A DNA stretch of 64,000 bases from Deferrisomatales bacterium (GCA_033551855.1 JAWSUI010000004.1:57243-121242), one strand, 5' to 3'; shown: positions 35,949-46,320, counted from the stretch's first letter. Numbers and translations are program-made. Notes: generated by a model not told the origin, from the letters alone.

Positions 35949-37520
35949 GTGCAGGAAGCGCGGGGCGGGTGGTTCCGGGACCCGGTCCTTTGGGGGCTCT
36001 GCCTCTGGGGGGCCTTCGTGGCGGCCCTGGGGTTTCCTCCCGGCCCGGTCTGGCCCTTGGCCCTGGTCGCGCCGGCGCCCCTTTGGGCCTCGTCCGTGGG
36101 GGGCTCCCCCGGGCGGGCCTTTTCCCGTGGCTGGGCGTACGGGGCAGGCTTCTTCGGCTGTCTTCTCTGGTGGATCGTCCCGACCGTGGTTCGGTACGGG
36201 GGGCTCCCTTGGGCCGCCGGGGGAGCGTGCCTGGTCCTCCTGGCGGGTTACTTGGCGCTCTATCCCGCCGCCGGCGCCGCCGCGGTGGCCGCGGCCTCCC
36301 GGCGGAGTCCCGCCGGCGCCCTGGTACTTGCCCCGTTCCTGTGGGTCGGCCTGGAAGGGCTGCGAGGATCTCTGCTCACGGGTTTCCCGTGGGGAGACCT
36401 GCCCCAGGCGCTATGGCAGCAACCGTGGGCCCTGGCACTGGCCCCCTGGGTCGGGATCGAGGGCGTGCGGCTCTGGACCGCGACGCTCGCCTCGGCCTCC
36501 GCTTGGGGGCTTCTGCGGTGGGGAAACCGGGTCCCGGCCGGTGCCGCCCCCCTGGGGTTGGCGGTCGGGACGTGCGCCGTTTCGCTCGTGCTCTGGCTCC
36601 TCCCGCCGCCGCTCCCGCCGGAGCAGGGGCGTCTGCGGGCCGCCGTCATCCAGGGCAACATCGAGCAGGCCCAGAAGTGGGATCCCGCCTTCCGCCAAGC
36701 CACCCTCGGGACCTACGCCGAGCTCTCCCGGCTGGCGGCGCGCTCGGAGCCCGACCTGTATGTGTGGCCGGAGACGGCGGTCCCGTTGTACGCGCAGGAT
36801 CCCAGCCCGGAGCGGAGCGGGCTTGAGGCGCTGGCTCGGGAGTTGGGCGCCCCCCTGATCTTCGGGGCCCCGGCCTATGAGAGGGGGGAGGACCGGGTGG
36901 AGTACCGCAACGCGGTCTTCGTCATGGCTCCCTCGGGGCGCCTCCTGGGGCGTTACGACAAGGTGCACCTGGTTCCTTTCGGGGAGTACGTGCCCTTCGG
37001 GAGGTACCTCCCCTTTCTCGACAAGCTCGTCGCCGGCGCGGGCGACTTCACCTCGGGGCGGGCGGTGGAGCCCCTTCCCCCGACGGAAGGGCTCCCGACC
37101 CTCGGCGCCCTCGTCTGCTTCGAGGTGATCTTTCCCTCCCTGGCGGGGGAGCTCGCGCGGCGGGGCGCCCAGGTGCTGGTGGTGGTCACCAACGACGGTT
37201 GGTTCGGCCGGACGCCCGGTCCCTACCAACACCTGGCCTTTGGGGCGTGGAGGGCCGCCGAGGCGGGGGTGCCGCTGCTACGGGCGGCCAACACCGGGGT
37301 GAGCGCGGTCTTCGACGCCAGGGGGCGGCTGCTGCAGGCCTCGGCCCTCCAGGTGGCCGATGTCCTCGCGGCGGAAGTTTCCTACGGCGCCCCCCACCGG
37401 ACCCCCCAGCACCGGATCCGCCCCTTGGTGTGGCCCGGGTGTCTCGTCTTGGCTCTCCTGGCGCTTTTTGCTATGGTTTGGAGTTTACGCGCCCCGGGGG
37501 GGCCGGATCCACATAGGTGA
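35949..37520 (+). CDS. lnt: Apolipoprotein N-acyltransferase
   Basis: TGFPW, QGNI, WPETA, YDKVHLVPFGEY, VCFE, TNDGWF, RAANTG; start uncertain. Confidence 0.93.
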   Translation: MQEARGGWFRDPVLWGLCLWGAFVAALGFPPGPVWPLALVAPAPLWASSVGGSPGRAFSRGWAYGAGFFGCLLWWIVPTVVRYGGLPWAAGGACLVLLAGYLALYPAAGAAAVAAASRRSPAGALVLAPFLWVGLEGLRGSLLTGFPWGDLPQALWQQPWALALAPWVGIEGVRLWTATLASASAWGLLRWGNRVPAGAAPLGLAVGTCAVSLVLWLLPPPLPPEQGRLRAAVIQGNIEQAQKWDPAFRQATLGTYAELSRLAARSEPDLYVWPETAVPLYAQDPSPERSGLEALARELGAPLIFGAPAYERGEDRVEYRNAVFVMAPSGRLLGRYDKVHLVPFGEYVPFGRYLPFLDKLVAGAGDFTSGRAVEPLPPTEGLPTLGALVCFEVIFPSLAGELARRGAQVLVVVTNDGWFGRTPGPYQHLAFGAWRAAEAGVPLLRAANTGVSAVFDARGRLLQASALQVADVLAAEVSYGAPHRTPQHRIRPLVWPGCLVLALLALFAMVWSLRAPGGPDPHR

Positions 37521-37527
37521 CGCCGAC

Positions 37528-38626
37528 ATGGACATCCACGACAAGATCGAAGAGCTACAGGAGCGCCTCGCAGACTTGTGGAGGCATCTTTGACCTCGGC
37601 GCCAAGGAGAAGCGCGCCGAAGAGCTCGATGACCGCATGGCCCAGCCGGGTTTCTGGGACGAACCCGAGGCGGCTGCCGCGGTGGGCCGGGAACGCAACC
37701 GTGTGCGGGCCGAGGTGGACGACTGGCGGCGGCTGCAGGGGCAGCTGGAGGACTCCGCGGTAGCCTTGGAGCTCCTCGACGAGGAAGAGGACGCGGCGCT
37801 GCGCCGGGAGACCGAACAGCGGCTGGAGGCCGTCGAGGCCGGCGTGCGGGCCGTCGAGCTGCGGAAGATGCTGTCGGGAACCCACGACGATGGGCCTGCC
37901 ATCGTGGCAGTCAACGCCGGTGCCGGGGGCACCGAGGCCCAGGACTGGGCAGAGATGCTCCTGCGGATGTACCTGCGCTGGGCCGAGAGCCGCGGCTACG
38001 AGACCGAGGTGGTGGACCTCCTCCCGGGAGACGAGGCCGGGATCAAGAACGCCACCTTCACCGTGGCCGGGCCGTATGCCTTCGGGTACTTGAAGGCCGA
38101 AGAGGGGGTCCACCGCCTGGTCCGGATCAGCCCCTTCGACGCCCAGGCGCGCCGACACACCTCCTTCGCCAGCGTGAGCGTCTACCCCGAGGTGGCGGAG
38201 GACGACGAGGTGGAGGTGGACGAAAAGGACCTGAAGGTGGATCTCTACCGGGCGAGCGGGGCAGGGGGGCAGCACGTGAACCGGACCGAGTCGGCTGTGC
38301 GCATCACCCACCTGCCCACCGGGATCGTGGTTGCCTGCCAGAGCGAGCGCAGTCAGCACAAGAACCGGGCCAACGCCCTGCGCGTCCTGCGGGCCAAGCT
38401 CCTCGACCTGCAGCGTCAGGAGCGCGAGAGGGAGCGGGAGGCCCTGGAGGCCGAGAAGAAGGACATCTCCTGGGGCAGCCAGATCCGCTCCTACGTGCTC
38501 CAGCCCTACCAGAAGATCAAGGACCACCGCACAGACCTGGAAGAGGGGAACGTCCAGCGGGTTCTCGACGGGGATCTCGATGAGTTCATCGAGGCCTATC
38601 TCCTGATGACTGCCGAGGCCCACTGA
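37528..38626 (+). CDS. prfB: Peptide chain release factor 2 with programmed +1 frameshift
   Basis: ORF1 ATG 37528 to CTT-TGA-C at 37588-37594 preceded by GGAGG; ORF2 has SPF, GGQ and WGSQIRSY. Confidence 0.96.
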
Positions 38627-38714
38627 CGGAACCTCCCGTCCCTCGGCGGGGAGAGCCGCGGGCCGGACGTGCCCGGGCTCCCCCTTGCGCCCTCCGGGTC
38701 CGGACCCCCCGGCC

Positions 38715-39842
38715 TCACGCCGCGAGGGCCTGGGTGGGCGCGCGCACCGCCGAAATCCGACGCTCGTAGGCCTCCCGACAGATTCGGACGTCCTCGAGGA
38801 AGGCGTCGAGCTCTTCGAGCCGCAGGGCCTGGGGACCGTCGCACAGCGCCGCCTCGGGCCGGGGATGGAAGTCCACCAGGATCATGTTGGCTCCGGCGAT
38901 GACCCCCTGAGCCATGGCGTGCCACACGTCCAGGATGCCGTCCGTCGCCACGAGGCGGCGCCCCACCGAGTGGGACGGGTCGATGCACACGGGGAGTCTC
39001 GTCTGGCGCTTCACCACGGTTACGTGGCTGAAGTCCACCAGGTTCCGGTGCGGGTCCCCCAGGTTCGTCTTCACGCCCCGCAGGCAGAACACGATCCGGT
39101 GATTCCCGTTGGTCGCGATGTACTCGCAGGCGTTGAGGCTCTCCTCCAGGTCGATCCCCATGCCCCGCTTGAAGAGCACCGGGAACTCGGTCTGGCGCCC
39201 CACGTGTTTGAGGAGCTCGAAATTCTGGGCGTTGCGGGTGCCGATCTGCACCATCACCCCCGTGGGGTGTCCGGCTTCCCCCAGCGCGTCGGAGATCTCC
39301 TCCAGGTGGGACTCGTGGGTCACCTCCATGGCGAGCACCTCGATCCCGTACCGGCCAGCCAACTCGAAGACGTAGGGCAGGCACGCCCGGCCGTGCCCCT
39401 GGAAGTCGTAGGGGGAGGTGCGAGGCTTGTAGGCCCCCATGCGGGCCGTCCGCAAGCCGGCCCGCTGCAGGGCGGCGAACATGGTCTCCGCGTGCTCCGG
39501 CGTGTCCACGGCGCACAGGCCCGCGAAGACGTGGAGGTTGTCCTGGGAGAAGGTCAGGCCCCGGTATCCGAAGCCCACCGCGTGGGCCTGGCCGTCGTGG
39601 CGGCCGATGACCCGGTACTTGGAGCTCACGCGAATCACCCGCTGGACGAAAGGAAGCTCCTCGAAAGCCGCCGTCGGCACCTGGCGGGTCGGCCCGAACA
39701 CATAGACCTCGCTGATGACCTGGAGGGAGCCCTCCACGTTGTGGAGCCGCAGGGCGAGGTCCGGGTAGCGGCTGGCCACGGCCTCGAGTTGACGCAGCTC
39801 CTCCGAGTTGCCTTGGATCTCGTTCTTCAGGACGACGATCAT
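38715..39842 (-). CDS. aroF: 3-deoxy-7-phosphoheptulonate (DAHP) synthase, type I-beta, with N-terminal ACT-like domain
   Basis: AGLCAVD, GAYKPRTSPYDFQG, QIGTRNAQNF, KRG, DPSH. Confidence 0.92.
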   Translation of the reverse strand: MIVVLKNEIQGNSEELRQLEAVASRYPDLALRLHNVEGSLQVISEVYVFGPTRQVPTAAFEELPFVQRVIRVSSKYRVIGRHDGQAHAVGFGYRGLTFSQDNLHVFAGLCAVDTPEHAETMFAALQRAGLRTARMGAYKPRTSPYDFQGHGRACLPYVFELAGRYGIEVLAMEVTHESHLEEISDALGEAGHPTGVMVQIGTRNAQNFELLKHVGRQTEFPVLFKRGMGIDLEESLNACEYIATNGNHRIVFCLRGVKTNLGDPHRNLVDFSHVTVVKRQTRLPVCIDPSHSVGRRLVATDGILDVWHAMAQGVIAGANMILVDFHPRPEAALCDGPQALRLEELDAFLEDVRICREAYERRISAVRAPTQALAA

Positions 39843-39870
39843 GGGGGTCCTCCTCCCCGGGGTGCCCGGG

Positions 39871-39950
39871 GAAACGAATGGGGCCGTGGGTGCTTGCGCC
39901 CACGGCCCCAGACGGTAACGGCCACGGGCGCTCTCGCTGCCCGTGGCCGT
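39871..39950 (-). promoter_or_regulatory. Attenuator hairpins upstream of DAHP synthase
   Basis: Hairpins 39918-39950 and 39879-39910 share acggcc/ggccgt segments; the second is followed on the mRNA by UUCGUUUC. Confidence 0.65.
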
Positions 39951-39974
39951 GTGGGGTACTGTCTGTGCTCGGCT

Positions 39975-40061
39975 CTACTTCATACCCCGGCCCGCGGGCA
40001 GCTCTCCAAACGGAAAGCCCCAAAAAGAAAAGCCGAAGAAGAAGGGGAACCGGGTGGCCAT
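39975..40061 (-). CDS. Phe/Trp-rich leader peptide (pheL-like)
   Basis: MATRFPFFFGFSFWGFPFGELPAGRGMK*: 8 Phe and 1 Trp in the first 18 codons; GGAGG upstream. Confidence 0.8.
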   Translation of the reverse strand: MATRFPFFFGFSFWGFPFGELPAGRGMK

Positions 40062-40270
40062 CGTTGTCTTCCGCCCTCCACGCCGGGATGTGATCGGCGC
40101 GACAGGGCTACCTGTATAGACCGGCCGGCTCCCCGCTGTCCAGGACAATCGCACCCTGTGGCCACCTAGGGCCCGATGCCGGCACCGGCGGGTGCGGCCC
40201 CCGGCCCCGGGTGCCTGCTGCACGGCGCCTGCTATACTGGGACCGTCCGCCATCCCGCCGGAGGAGGCCC

Positions 40271-40804
40271 ATGTGGAGAACCCGGAAGACGAGGACCCCG
40301 TTCGGGGGGGGCTTCCCGCCGTCCCGAAAGCTGCTTTGCCTGTTCGGTGCGCTTCTGTGGGTCGGGTGCGCCGGGGCTCCCCTCGACACGTCCCGGGTGG
40401 ACCCGTCGCTCCTCCCCGGGGAGGTGGTCGCCGCGCCGGCCCGGGCCGCCGGTCGGACCGTCCAGTGGGGGGGATTGGTGGTCCAGACCACCAACCGGGT
40501 GGGGGAGACCGACCTCGAGATCCTGGCTTACCCTCTTGCCCGAGGAGGGGAGCCCCGCACCGGTCGCCCTCCCCTGGGTCGCTTCGTGGCCCGCAGGGAC
40601 GGGTACCTGGATCCCGCGGAATACGCACCCGGGCGGGCGGTCACGGTGGTGGGCGGCGTCCTGGGCACTCTGCAGGGTCGCGTGGGGGAGGCGGAGTACA
40701 CCTACGGGCTGGTGGCCGCTGAGCAGCTTCACCTCTGGCCCCCCGGTCGCCTCTCCCGGGAGCCCCGTGTGCAGTTCGGGATCGGCGCGATCTTCAGCCG
40801 GTAG
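40271..40804 (+). CDS. Slp family outer-membrane lipoprotein
   Basis: Lipobox WVGC; VQWGG, GRFVA..GYLDPAEY, GRAVTVVG, LHLW. Confidence 0.88.
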   Translation: MWRTRKTRTPFGGGFPPSRKLLCLFGALLWVGCAGAPLDTSRVDPSLLPGEVVAAPARAAGRTVQWGGLVVQTTNRVGETDLEILAYPLARGGEPRTGRPPLGRFVARRDGYLDPAEYAPGRAVTVVGGVLGTLQGRVGEAEYTYGLVAAEQLHLWPPGRLSREPRVQFGIGAIFSR

Positions 40805-42002
40805 AACGGGAAGGGCCCTGCTCCGGGGCGGTGGGGGAGCTCCCCCGGGTGGCTGGGTCAAGCGGTCCCGTCCCGCCCCGGACCCGGAACGCGGCCACGG
40901 CCAGCAGGATCGCGAGCGCCCAGAGGGCCGGTGAGAAGCTCCCCCCCAGGTCGTAGGCCAGGCCTGCGCCGATCGGCGCCAAGGCGGCAGGAATGTTGGC
41001 GGAGAAGAGCCAGCCATACACCTGGCCCAGCCGCTCGGGGCCCCACAACCGGGCCGCCGAGGCGGCGTAGAGCACCAGGACTCCGCCGTAGTTGAACCCG
41101 GCGGCCGCGGCGAAAGCGAGGAATCCGGCGGCGGATCCCGTGAGCCAAGGAGCGGCCGCGAGGAACCCGGCCTGACACAGGAGATTGGTCCGGATGGCGG
41201 TCGCCGATCGGAGCCGGTCGAAGGCTAGGCCCCAACCGACGCGGCCCCCGGCGTTCCCCAGGGCGAACAGGGAGATCGCCGCGACTCCTGCCCGCGGGCT
41301 CTCCGGGAAGAGTTCCTTCAGGTTGGCGTTCACGGCGAAGCCTGCGGCCAAGCCGGCGAACATCGCGAGGTACAGAACACGGAAGGCCGGCCGGCTCAAC
41401 ACCTGCCCCACGGGGAGTGGTCCCTGCGGTCGCGCCGTGGCCCCCGGAGGACTCCGCAAGGCGGCGCCCGCCGCACCGGCGACGAGCAGAAAGACCAGCC
41501 CCAGCACGCCGAAGATCTGGAACGGAGTCGCCCCGCGGGATGCCATCAGCAGCCCGGCCACCTGGCTCACCAGCGCGGCACCCCCTCCGAAACCCGCCAC
41601 GGCGAGGCCGGTGACGACTCCTCGGTGCCTGGGGAACCACTGGACGCAGGTCGCGATGGGAACCAGATAGGCCAGACCTGCCCCCACGCCCGCGACGACG
41701 CCGATCCCCAGCACGGTGAGGGAGAAGTGGTGTGCACCCAGGCTCGCCACCATCCAGCCGCACCCGAAGAGCACGCCTCCGGCGGCGGCGCACCTCCGGG
41801 GCCCCAGGCGGGGCAGGAGAGTGCCTGCGAGCACGGCAGTGGCCGGGAAGACGAAGTAGAACACCGAGAAGGGCACCTGGACCGGACCCTGGAGGAGCCC
41901 CGTGAGCTCTTTGAGCCCCTGGACGTAGACCGACCAGGAGTACGTTGCCCCCAGGCACATCTGCAAGAGGACCGCCGCCGCGAGGATTCCGTAACGGTTC
42001 AC
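40794..42002 (-). CDS. MFS transporter (OFA family)
   Basis: GATYSWSVY, WFPRHRG..TGLAVAGFGGG, NAGGR. Confidence 0.9.
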   Translation of the reverse strand: MNRYGILAAAVLLQMCLGATYSWSVYVQGLKELTGLLQGPVQVPFSVFYFVFPATAVLAGTLLPRLGPRRCAAAGGVLFGCGWMVASLGAHHFSLTVLGIGVVAGVGAGLAYLVPIATCVQWFPRHRGVVTGLAVAGFGGGAALVSQVAGLLMASRGATPFQIFGVLGLVFLLVAGAAGAALRSPPGATARPQGPLPVGQVLSRPAFRVLYLAMFAGLAAGFAVNANLKELFPESPRAGVAAISLFALGNAGGRVGWGLAFDRLRSATAIRTNLLCQAGFLAAAPWLTGSAAGFLAFAAAAGFNYGGVLVLYAASAARLWGPERLGQVYGWLFSANIPAALAPIGAGLAYDLGGSFSPALWALAILLAVAAFRVRGGTGPLDPATRGSSPTAPEQGPSRSTG

Positions 42003-42799
42003 GTCGGCTCCGCCGCGCCCTTCCCGAGCCCCCCGTGGGCGCGGCGAAGGTACTCCACCTCTCGCCAGTCGATCCCGAGGAGCCGTGCGCCCTCGGCGTC
42101 CACCGCCACCGGGTCGAAGCCGGCGAGGATCCTGCCCAACGGCGGCTCGCAGGTGCGGCCTCCCAGGTGGTGCTCCGCCAGGCCGACGCTGGCGTCCACC
42201 AGGGCCAGGTCGGGTCTTCGGTAGCGGTTGAGCTCGTACACGGAGGCGTGCATGTGCCGGTGGAAGGCGGACTTCTTCCACGTCCCCCCGTGCCCGTAGC
42301 GGCTCGGGGGGGCGCACCCCATCATGTTCTTCAGGCTCAGGGTCACTCCAGCCAGGCTGTGGGCCTTGAGCACCGCGAAGGACACCACGAAGGACTCCAC
42401 CACCACCCGGGGCAGCCAGAGGGAGAGGAAGACAGAGCACTGGGGGTCCGAGAGCTCGACGAGGGGCGCCTCGTTGAGGTCCACGAGCTCGACGCCGAGC
42501 TCCCGGGCCACGCGGACGTAACCGAGGCGGCGGAAGACTTCCCCCGTGTCGAGCGCCGCGTCCCCCGTGCCTTCCCCGATCCGGATCTCGGCGGCCGACC
42601 AGCGGCGAATGGCGAGGACCAGGGCCTTGACGGCCTCGCACGGCAGGGTGACGGGGGGCGGCGAGGCGTTGACCAGATTGGGCTTGACGAGGATGCGTCT
42701 CTGGCGGGCGAGGACCGAGGGGGCGCCCACGGCCTCCAGCGCCGCGGGAATGGAGGCGGCGCAGGTGGTGAACGGCACCCAGTGCAGGGGCTTCGGCAT
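41999..42799 (-). CDS. DUF362 domain protein
   Basis: ILVKPNLV, IGEG, LKAH, TLSLKNMMG, DPVAVD. Confidence 0.88.
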   Translation of the reverse strand: MPKPLHWVPFTTCAASIPAALEAVGAPSVLARQRRILVKPNLVNASPPPVTLPCEAVKALVLAIRRWSAAEIRIGEGTGDAALDTGEVFRRLGYVRVARELGVELVDLNEAPLVELSDPQCSVFLSLWLPRVVVESFVVSFAVLKAHSLAGVTLSLKNMMGCAPPSRYGHGGTWKKSAFHRHMHASVYELNRYRRPDLALVDASVGLAEHHLGGRTCEPPLGRILAGFDPVAVDAEGARLLGIDWREVEYLRRAHGGLGKGAAEPT

Positions 42800-43406
42800 G
42801 GGATGCCCTTGGGGGTCGGGCCGGCAGGGTCTGCAGGGTTTCGAGGGATCCGCAAGATGGCCGGGCGGTTCCACCGGACCGTCCTCGGGAACGTGGACCC
42901 GTCCATGGTCTGGAGAAACATTGTTTCGCGGTGGCGGGTTCCTTGTCCAGAGGGGGGGCGCGCCTGGACTACCGTCTCGGAGGATAGCGGGGTCGGGCCG
43001 CCCGTGCGTTTCGCCGTCAAGATCGAGGGTGTTCGAGGTGTTGCCCACCAGGGGACCGGCTGCACCGAGCTGCCCCGGTCTTGATGGGTCGCAGCGCCGC
43101 GGCCGATGCGGATCGCAGCCGCATTCCCGGACTCGCGGATCCCGCCCAGCCCGCGGCGGTGGAGGTGGGCTCCGGAGAAGCCGTGGCCCTTGCGTCGGTC
43201 TTCCGGTGGGTGGGTCGGCAGGGCGCGTCGGGCAAACGCGCCCTGCCCCCCGGGGTGCAGGCTGGAGCGAATTCTCCCGCGAGGCGCCCCCCCCGGCCGC
43301 GCCTCGCGCTCCCATGCCCGGAGGAAGTGCCGGCGGAGCGGTTTTCCGTATACTGGGGGGCCGGTGATTCGGGCCGTTCGGGGCCGGCGGGAATAGCGGA
43401 GGCGGC

Positions 43407-44987
43407 ATGGCAGGGGACGGGAAGCGGGTAGGCGTGGCGGAGCTCATGGCCGCCACCGGCGTCCCCTTCGGGACCAGCGGGGCCCGGGGCAGGGTCGCGG
43501 ATATGACCGACCGCGTCTGCTACGCCTACACGGCCGGGTTCCTGCAATACCTGGAGGCGCAGGGGCAGCACCCGCCGGGGGGGCGCGTGGCGTTGGGGGG
43601 GGACCTGCGGCCCAGCACCGGCCGGATCCTGCAGGCCGTGGCGGCCGCCGTGCGCGACCGGGGGGGCGAGCCGGTCCACTGCGGCCGGCTCCCGTCGCCG
43701 GCCCTGGCCCTGTTCGGCATGGAGGAAGGCATCCCCACGGCGATGGTCACGGGAAGCCACATCCCGGACGACCGCAACGGCATCAAGTTTACGCAGGCGG
43801 CCGGCGAGATCCTCAAGGACGACGAGGCGGGCATCCGTGCCCAGAGGGTGTGGCTGCCGGCAGACCGCTTCAGACCCTCGGGGGCACTCCGCGTCGGCAC
43901 CCGAAGGGTCCTCCCGCCCCCGTCGGAGGAGGCATCGGAACGCTACGCGCAGCGCTACCTGCGGGGCTTCCCGCGCGGGTGCCTCGAGGGACTGCGCGTG
44001 GGGGTCTACGAGCACTCCGCCGTCGGCCCGGACCTCCTGTGCCGGGTCCTGGAGGGGCTCGGTGCCGCCGTCGAGAGGCGGGGGCGCAGCGAGCGGTTCG
44101 TCCCGGTGGACACCGAAGCGGTCCGCCCGGAGGACGAGGAGCTCGCCAGACGGTGGGCGGCGGAGGGCCGGGTCGACGCCCTGGTCTCGACGGACGGGGA
44201 CGGCGACCGGCCCCTGGTCGGCGACGAGGCCGGTCGGTGGCTGCGGGGGGACGTGGCGGGTATCCTCGTCGCGCGGTTCCTGGGGGCCGACGCCGTGGCG
44301 GTGCCCGTGAGCGCGAACACCGCCGTGGAGCTCTCGGGGTGGTTCCGGCGCGTGGTGCGTACCCGCATCGGGTCCCCCTACGTGATCGAGGGGATGGCCC
44401 GGGCGCGGCAGGAGGGCTTCGCGACGGTGGTGGGGTACGAGGCGAATGGCGGGTTCCTCACCGCTTCCTCCGTTCGGCGCGCGGGCGTGGCCCTGAGCCC
44501 CCTGCCCACCCGGGACGCCCTCGTCGTCATCCTGTCTCTCCTGGTCCAGGCTGCCCGGGCCGGCGTGCCGGTCTCCGGCCTCGTCCGGGAGCTGCCGGCG
44601 CGGTTTACGGCAAGCGGCCGGGTCGGCGACTTTCCCACGGCCGCGAGCGCCGCCGCCCTGGAGAGGATCGGAGGACGGCCCGAGGGTGAGAGCCGACGGG
44701 CCTTCGCCGAGGCCTTTGCCGAGGCCCTGGGCCGAGAGGCGGGGGAGGTGGCGGCTCTCGACCGGACCGACGGCCTGCGCGCGATCTTCCGCAACGGGGA
44801 GATCCTGCACGTGCGCCCCTCGGGCAACGCCCCGGAGCTCCGGTGCTACGTGGAGGCGGCCTCGGAGGCCCGGGCGCGGGAGCTGCTCCGCGGGTGCCTC
44901 GCGGTCCTGGAGCGCTGGAGAGGGGGTGCGGTGTCCTTCACCCCGCCGCCACGGCCCGGCCGCCGGCCGAGCCCAGGTACTCCGTGA
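43407..44987 (+). CDS. manB: Phosphomannomutase/phosphoglucomutase
   Basis: FGTSGARG, TGSHIP, TDGDGDR, GYEANGG, RPSGNAPE. Confidence 0.92.
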   Translation: MAGDGKRVGVAELMAATGVPFGTSGARGRVADMTDRVCYAYTAGFLQYLEAQGQHPPGGRVALGGDLRPSTGRILQAVAAAVRDRGGEPVHCGRLPSPALALFGMEEGIPTAMVTGSHIPDDRNGIKFTQAAGEILKDDEAGIRAQRVWLPADRFRPSGALRVGTRRVLPPPSEEASERYAQRYLRGFPRGCLEGLRVGVYEHSAVGPDLLCRVLEGLGAAVERRGRSERFVPVDTEAVRPEDEELARRWAAEGRVDALVSTDGDGDRPLVGDEAGRWLRGDVAGILVARFLGADAVAVPVSANTAVELSGWFRRVVRTRIGSPYVIEGMARARQEGFATVVGYEANGGFLTASSVRRAGVALSPLPTRDALVVILSLLVQAARAGVPVSGLVRELPARFTASGRVGDFPTAASAAALERIGGRPEGESRRAFAEAFAEALGREAGEVAALDRTDGLRAIFRNGEILHVRPSGNAPELRCYVEAASEARARELLRGCLAVLERWRGGAVSFTPPPRPGRRPSPGTP

Positions 44988-46269
44988 TCTTCTCGGCGAG
45001 GGTGCGGAAGATCCCGGTGAAGCGATCCCGGTCGGGCTCCAGCAGGGTCACCCGAAACCCCAGCTCCTGGGTGCAGAAGGACGAGAGGGGGACCACGCAG
45101 ATGCCGGCCGACGCCAGCAGGTAGTACACGAACCGCTTGTCGGGGGGCAGGCCGGGGGGGGCCACCAGCCTCTCCACCAGCTCCCGCACCTCGGGGTTGG
45201 CCACCGGCAGGCTCTGGTCCTCCCGGAGCACACCTTCCTCGAACGCCACCGCCATGTAGAAGGCCCCGTTGGTGCGGTTGACCTTGAGGCCCGGCACCTC
45301 CCGCAGAATGCGGTAGGCGATGTTGGAGTGCTCCTCGTACCGCCGCTTGCGCTGCTCCAGATACGCCGGGTACTCGGGGTGGGTCAGGATCGGGGGGATG
45401 GCCTTCTGCGGAAGGGTCGTGGAGCACACCTCCACCATCTTGGAATCCACGATGCTCTGGACGTAGCGCCGGAACACCGGGTCCTTGTCCCCGTTGTACA
45501 CCTCGATCCACCCGCACCGGGCTCCCGGCCAGGGGAGCTCTTTGCTGATCCCCTTCATCGCGATGGCCGGCACGTCCCCGATCAGGTCGGAGAGGGGACG
45601 GGTCTTCCGGCCGTTGTACACGATGTTGTTGTAGATCTCGTCGCAGATGATGAAGAGGTCGTGCTCCCGGGCCAGGGCGATCATCTCGCGCAGGATCTCC
45701 TCGGGGTAGACCGCGCCGGTCGGGTTGTCGGGATTGATGATGAGCAGCCCGGAGATGGAGGGGTTGTACTGGATGGAGAGCCGCAGGTCCTCCAGGTCGG
45801 GGTACCAGTGGTTGCCGGGGTCGAGCAGGTACGAGACGGGGGGCTGCCCCGCGTGGGCTGCCTCGCCGGAGGAGTGCGTGGAGTAGGTGGGCGAGGGGCC
45901 GATCACCCGGGCCTCGCGCCGCAGGAGCCCGTAGACCTTCTGGATGGCGTCGCCCAGACCGTTGAAGAAGATGACGTCCTCCGGCGAGATCTGGATCCCC
46001 CCCCGGGCGTTCGTCCGCTGCGCGAGAAACCGCCGGGTGTCGTGGTCGCCCTTGGTGGGGCAGTAGGCGTAGGAGCAGTCCTGCATGGCCAGGTCGGCCA
46101 CGATCTCCTTCATCCAGAGCGGGATCCTCTCGCCCTTGGCGACGGGGTCGCCGATGTTCTCCAGGTTCACGGAGACGCCGAGCCGCTGGAGGCGTTCGGC
46201 GATCTCGACGATCGCCCGGATCTCGTAGGTCAGCTCCCCCGCCCCGATGTGCACGATATTGTTTCTCAT
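44938..46269 (-). CDS. alaA: PLP-dependent class I/II aminotransferase, AlaA (Glu-pyruvate) type
   Basis: LTYEIR, NIGDP, INPDNPTGAVY, DEIY, GISK...PGARCGW, GAFY. Confidence 0.85.
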   Translation of the reverse strand: MRNNIVHIGAGELTYEIRAIVEIAERLQRLGVSVNLENIGDPVAKGERIPLWMKEIVADLAMQDCSYAYCPTKGDHDTRRFLAQRTNARGGIQISPEDVIFFNGLGDAIQKVYGLLRREARVIGPSPTYSTHSSGEAAHAGQPPVSYLLDPGNHWYPDLEDLRLSIQYNPSISGLLIINPDNPTGAVYPEEILREMIALAREHDLFIICDEIYNNIVYNGRKTRPLSDLIGDVPAIAMKGISKELPWPGARCGWIEVYNGDKDPVFRRYVQSIVDSKMVEVCSTTLPQKAIPPILTHPEYPAYLEQRKRRYEEHSNIAYRILREVPGLKVNRTNGAFYMAVAFEEGVLREDQSLPVANPEVRELVERLVAPPGLPPDKRFVYYLLASAGICVVPLSSFCTQELGFRVTLLEPDRDRFTGIFRTLAEKITEYLGSAGGRAVAAG

Positions 46270-46320
46270 CCCGGTCCTCTCCGCGGGGCGGAATTCTCTG
46301 CCCCAGGTGTGAGCCTCGTA

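Noticed and set aside
42900..43000. c-di-GMP (GEMM) riboswitch
   Set aside because: Only a short GATAGCGGGG resemblance; the P1/P2 GCAAA-GNRA elements are missing
44938..44987. Convergent manB/alaA overlap as a regulatory feature
   Set aside because: Short 3' overlaps of non-conserved tails are common in high-GC genomes where stops are scarce
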